Below, one piece after another: positions 60,401-64,000 of a stretch of 64,000 bases of DNA. The stretch comes from Andalucia godoyi And28 (Eukaryota; Protista; Jakobida). Position 1 is the stretch's first letter. Every line of letters begins with the position of its first letter. The position numbers were made by a program, and so were the translations under genes. The stretch lies in contig VRVR01000008.1 in the NCBI GenBank assembly GCA_009859145.1, positions 323,693 to 387,692 of the forward strand. Reading direction: 5' to 3'. The notes under the pieces were generated by a model. The model was not told where the DNA came from. It saw nothing but the letters and a program-made list of their open reading frames with translations, and ran no database searches.

Positions 60401-63400
60401 TCCTTTCCGTGACTTTCCACATCCTGCAGTATTGCTTTGATTTCCACTATGCCATCGGAGACCAGCGATGTGGACTTTGCCTCTTGCACTGCCGCCAGCA
60501 GACGGCCCTCAATTTCAGAAAACGTACCAGACGAAACGGAAACTGCGTTGGAAAGGTGCATGACCTCCGCAGACACCTTTTCCGTCATTTCGCTGACTGA
60601 GCTTCGAAATTCTGAAAACACCGTTCTCAACCGCATCATGTCGTCGTCGACGCTGAGCTGCGTCTGCAGACTTCGTGCTGACATCCCTATCAGCTCTGTA
60701 ATCTGCAGCTGAAGTTTGTCAGCAGACGCCTCAAGAGCCTGAACATCTGATTTTTCTGCAACAGAGGCCGACGACCGCTCCATCAAAGTGTTCACCTGCA
60801 ACGCAACCTCGCGAAGCGAAGTCTCGAAAGCAGCGAATTGTGACAGTTGGGCGCTGGATTTCAAGTAGTGATTTTTGAATTCCTCTGCATCCATAGCTTG
60901 CTGCTTTGCTAGACCGCGAATCTGGTCGCTAATATCGTTCTGACACACGCCATCAATAACGGAGGCGATCTTCAAGAGGTCATTTAGACGGTCGCTCAAT
61001 GCTGCAAAAGCATTTTCCCAGCGAATATCCACCGGCGAATCGCGCTCTTGAACAGCGTGCGCAATAGTTGTACAGTGCTCCTCATGCGATTTCCGAAGGC
61101 CCTCAAGATCAACGGTTACCGTTTCTGCGAGCGATTTGAAGGAACTCTGTAGGGCACCACTGTCCTCCAGCAGTCTCGACGTATTCTCTGCGATCACGGA
61201 CTCCAAAGCATCCATCCTCAAAACCGTAGCGTCGACAGTCATCCGAATCGCAGCGGCCTCGTCTCCACCGATGGAGGGCTCAGCCTGTGTCGTTTTGCAG
61301 TCAATAGACTTTGCTACATCCAGATTCTCAACCATCCGCTCCATCAAAGAATCAAGACGGCTTGAAACACTGGACGTTGTTGTCGACAGAGAAGCCGATA
61401 GGGAATCCATCAAACGGTTTTCCTGGTTCGAGAGTCGCACAAGAATTTCGCTGGTCTTTTCTCCAACACAATTGGACAGCGCGTCCACAACTGTTTGTTG
61501 AGATGCTGAAACAAGCTGCAAGGTCTTTTGTACCTCCAAAATCGAATCCTGCACGACGCGGACGTCCCCGGAAGACGCATGCACCAACTGAGCAAGTTCG
61601 CTGGAAAGACTTTCTGTTTCGTGCTGGACACGCCGTCTTGACTCCGCGCCGGATTCCTGAATCAGCGGGCACAGTCGATCTTCAAGTCCCCGAACCGACT
61701 GCTCAACCGCAGATCGCAGTTCTTCGCTTGCTGCTCGAGCTTGGGCAACCGTCATCGCGCTATCCATCTTGCTTCCGAGCACGTCGATAACATTTCGACT
61801 TTCCTTCTCAACCAGGTTGTTGCAACGTTCCTGCATAAGCACAACATGCAGACGAACTTGATTCCAGTGCTCGGAACTGCGGTCGCTGACTAGGTCAATG
61901 CGCGGTACCAGAGACTTTTCCATGGATTCGAGCGCGCTCTTCCATTCCGAAGCGCTCGATTTGAGGAACTCGGTCATTTCTGACCGTGATTCCCGCATTT
62001 CCTTCACAACACTTTGATTGACATCTAAAAGCGCGCCGTTGCTCGTCTTCAACGCGCTGTAGTCGCTGCGCAATTCAGACACGACTCGATTCATTTCAGC
62101 AAACCTGCTGGCCAAATCCCTTGACAATTCATCGACAATCGCGGCCTGCAACCTCTCAAATGACGATTCCATCAACGAAAGTCTCTTGTCCTGGGACCCA
62201 AAGCCTTCGCCAAAAGATCGGTTCACCAACTCTGCAATCGAGCTCTGTTGCGCAGACAGATGTGAGCTGTGCGAGCTATGCGAGCTGATGATTCTTTCGG
62301 TGGCGCTCGTAATCGCGTCCACGGTTTTTTCTGTGAACTCCCGGTACTTGTCTGCATGTCCACCGACCAACGAGAACACTTCCTCCATCTTTGGTCGGAT
62401 ATTCGTGTTGAGAATGTCTGACACATTGCGACAAACCTGCGTTTGGACTGCTTGGACGCACTCCTGGACTTGGGCGTACAGTCGTTGACGACAGTCGTCC
62501 GCAAGTCTGCTCATGCGTGTCTCGCAGTCGTCAGATGTCTTCTCGTGCAGCGCCGCCGATTTGCCGAGGATGTCGTCCCGAGCAGAAGCAACGGCGGACT
62601 GCAAGTCTTCCCTGGTAAGCCGATTCACGATCGACCAGTGTTCTGCGAGTTTGCAAGAGGCGGTGTCGGCTATGCTGGACATTTCACTAGACAGGAGAGC
62701 ACGCATATTTTCAAGAGCAGTCTCAATCTGCACCGTCCACTGTTCGCTCGCTTGCGCAGATGCCTGGGCAGCGGCCAATGCATGATTTGCGTTCGACTTT
62801 TGCACAGAATCCGTTATTTTTGATTCGGAGGTGCCGACAACTTTGGCAACGGTCGAAGCGACGGACTCGAGGTTTGCAGCTGCCGCAAGAGACATCTTCT
62901 CCTCCAAAGCCCCAAGAACAGATGCCGTGTTTGTCTGAATTATGCTCGGCAGTCCCTGCGTAGCTGAAAACACATCATCCACGTTCTGGCCAATTACATC
63001 GAAGCGGTTCTCCACAGTTCGACTCAGTTCTGCAAGTTCCACGTTTAGCTTTTCGATGGTTTCTGCCAGCTTATCCGAAGTAGTCGTGCGAGACGCACTG
63101 AGTATGGACTGGATTTGCGACATTGAATCGTTCAAAGAGGCAAAACCTGCAGAGAAGCGATCGACATCCAGTTTGGTTCCAATGCTGCGAAGCTCTTGAT
63201 TCAAATTGTCGTAGTTTTGCGAGGAAATCTCTTGGAACATGTCAAACGAGCGGGACAAGCCGTCCAGCTTCAGTTCCGTGTCTTCGGAAAATTTGACTTG
63301 AAAATCCTGAATGGAAGACACTGCGGGACGCAACTCACTCAAAATGGACGAAGAAATGGACTGCACCAGCTGTTGTGACACACCCGGGGACAATGCATAT

Positions 63401-63999
63401 TGCATTGCGCTTTCCGCGGAAATAGCCAACAGGCCGCGATTCATTGCCGCGCAAACCTTTTTGGCATCCAGCTGACTGTGCTCATCGCAAACATCCTCTT
63501 TCGAGATACCGCACGTGTCCAACATCTGATTCATCACATCCTGCAGTTCCATTTTGGACTTCAGAACATCCTTGAGCAGCGCATAAGTTGTGCGGTAATT
63601 CGATTCCAGGTCGTCGAAATAGTCGCAAAACCGCTGCAGCTCGCCCTTCATCAGCACAACTTGATTTTCATCCAGCTCAAATTGCGTGGGGGCATCGAAT
63701 GCGTCCGCATGAGCACCGGTTGTTTGAGGGGCGCTAATGGTCCACACCCTGAGTACCTTCTCCGAAGTACCCACCCAAATGCGATATCGCGAGTCCATTG
63801 TCACTGCAATCTGACGAATGGACCCACTGTGACCCTTGAGAGATTCGACAAAATCGCCTGATCGAGAGTCCCACACGTAAAGAACCCGGTCTTGGCCACC
63901 AGAGATCACAAACGGACCAAGCGAACAAAGAGAACTCACAGGAGAGTTTCGCTGCGTATTCAGGTGCTTCAAGCAGGTGAATGTTTCCAAGTCCCACAT
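57490..63999 (-). CDS. Giant protein (>2169 aa), N-terminal WD40 repeats plus a long helical/coiled-coil body; 5' end lies outside the window
   Basis: SGGQDRVLYVWD and KGHSGSIRQI WD repeats. The frame is open to the window edge. Confidence 0.8.
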   Translation of the reverse strand: MWDLETFTCLKHLNTQRNSPVSSLCSLGPFVISGGQDRVLYVWDSRSGDFVESLKGHSGSIRQIAVTMDSRYRIWVGTSEKVLRVWTISAPQTTGAHADAFDAPTQFELDENQVVLMKGELQRFCDYFDDLESNYRTTYALLKDVLKSKMELQDVMNQMLDTCGISKEDVCDEHSQLDAKKVCAAMNRGLLAISAESAMQYALSPGVSQQLVQSISSSILSELRPAVSSIQDFQVKFSEDTELKLDGLSRSFDMFQEISSQNYDNLNQELRSIGTKLDVDRFSAGFASLNDSMSQIQSILSASRTTTSDKLAETIEKLNVELAELSRTVENRFDVIGQNVDDVFSATQGLPSIIQTNTASVLGALEEKMSLAAAANLESVASTVAKVVGTSESKITDSVQKSNANHALAAAQASAQASEQWTVQIETALENMRALLSSEMSSIADTASCKLAEHWSIVNRLTREDLQSAVASARDDILGKSAALHEKTSDDCETRMSRLADDCRQRLYAQVQECVQAVQTQVCRNVSDILNTNIRPKMEEVFSLVGGHADKYREFTEKTVDAITSATERIISSHSSHSSHLSAQQSSIAELVNRSFGEGFGSQDKRLSLMESSFERLQAAIVDELSRDLASRFAEMNRVVSELRSDYSALKTSNGALLDVNQSVVKEMRESRSEMTEFLKSSASEWKSALESMEKSLVPRIDLVSDRSSEHWNQVRLHVVLMQERCNNLVEKESRNVIDVLGSKMDSAMTVAQARAASEELRSAVEQSVRGLEDRLCPLIQESGAESRRRVQHETESLSSELAQLVHASSGDVRVVQDSILEVQKTLQLVSASQQTVVDALSNCVGEKTSEILVRLSNQENRLMDSLSASLSTTTSSVSSRLDSLMERMVENLDVAKSIDCKTTQAEPSIGGDEAAAIRMTVDATVLRMDALESVIAENTSRLLEDSGALQSSFKSLAETVTVDLEGLRKSHEEHCTTIAHAVQERDSPVDIRWENAFAALSDRLNDLLKIASVIDGVCQNDISDQIRGLAKQQAMDAEEFKNHYLKSSAQLSQFAAFETSLREVALQVNTLMERSSASVAEKSDVQALEASADKLQLQITELIGMSARSLQTQLSVDDDMMRLRTVFSEFRSSVSEMTEKVSAEVMHLSNAVSVSSGTFSEIEGRLLAAVQEAKSTSLVSDGIVEIKAILQDVESHGKELRNDIFEKLADLCCQEDVAALRQDLSTLRLEVSGSDSRSKQSAESDARAVVSIIENLHSSVECLKQAISASGDAVREHITASVDVAAHDFSKSLQEVKRDSLSSAELLRTELSAVSRSSDLIVDANTKNQNALMELLHQKLTALTDAQHHSAEVLSSVVQKSIADSTGAARDQAHDFTSAVIENRNAIAEKTETVIAKLEGMQVASDGMRRDWDASLDTLQTAFAASHAALKTDFMVAMDEVKQWIGKSAECIRDDLSASDAAVKVEIANAVAQAQRSVETASHSLSADLTRNANFGSSAWEESAKQCVSTLGEMLKLEMSDSVESAQKTLSASVERGLATVFQDHMAHLKTIAEKQGSDTAALHADLHVVAENISQLVAVPDLLSDMKEAIAVQASTCSTQHAAILDALNLTRHSLSKRNDEILETVSKLIHESALTSSKAIEDGLPAVTSKIQSDLLLDRERLAQQLRSLERSWAEHRGVSNHELRDVLNEKLSDLSVAMVVDKETCVADTSVHSEGSGTAFAIGDIRAEIRDLAAMFKTEMVDFMQVLEEVRSDVRGTLSSTEASWSASFSSEKQCLLDAVQSVSNRIAEQTTNLVKEIHPLHQLLHREDISLAEISTLLAEIEGRMHESVRRELASLSGATKDGITTVSSTLAELHQSIGSVRDAFDLSGLRRLTDSKEGLFKVLSETLRLQHSTTAQSLEEVKADVVRMEKETQSSFDRLLSSVRDLIAEESEVIRKGFAAVDVPQPVHVDADLEVLRAECIAAISSLSKEVTGHLQSLAPQVQSQSAKLDELSTVSLPNHVKTLELFFSQTMAATGDDIRSSFEAIVKAAISNSLDVADKMRKEHDPAQIQETAYVMFFNELVSMLPDGAQSIEHPKGLAAAEWFDQCSTLVSQKLRPLVTDLNESIKKLRLAAALYKKDAETTHADLNVTHTRFLRTLGRLREVDEEFEEQCVILQLLDAQE

Positions 64000-64000
64000 A

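Overview
This is eukaryotic nuclear DNA from a compact, intron-poor, flagellated protist. Genes are tightly packed, intergenic DNA is rich in microsatellites, and the predicted introns are 120-220 nt. The species cannot be determined from the sequence. About 21 protein-coding genes are supported. Recognisable ones are a mitochondrial carrier, IleRS, IFT52, CCDC146, a CHD remodeller, an LSM11-like protein, ribophorin I, an LRRCC1-like protein, a GULO/ALO oxidase, RUVBL1 and TRAP-gamma. The rest are orphan coiled-coil, ARM or WD40 proteins and a spliced 77-aa gene that the ORF track misses. The standout locus is 36.9-38.6 kb, in an unusually large gap between the divergent LSM11-like and RPN1 genes. 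It holds a frameshifted, internally deleted Fanzor1 (TnpB-derived RNA-guided nuclease) gene whose 3' end folds into an omegaRNA-like structure. A 528-bp non-autonomous element with perfect 16-bp terminal inverted repeats and a central (CT)12(GA)11 palindrome begins 58 bp later. A second, shorter copy of that element lies at the window start. All family assignments come from motif recognition by eye; no searches were run.
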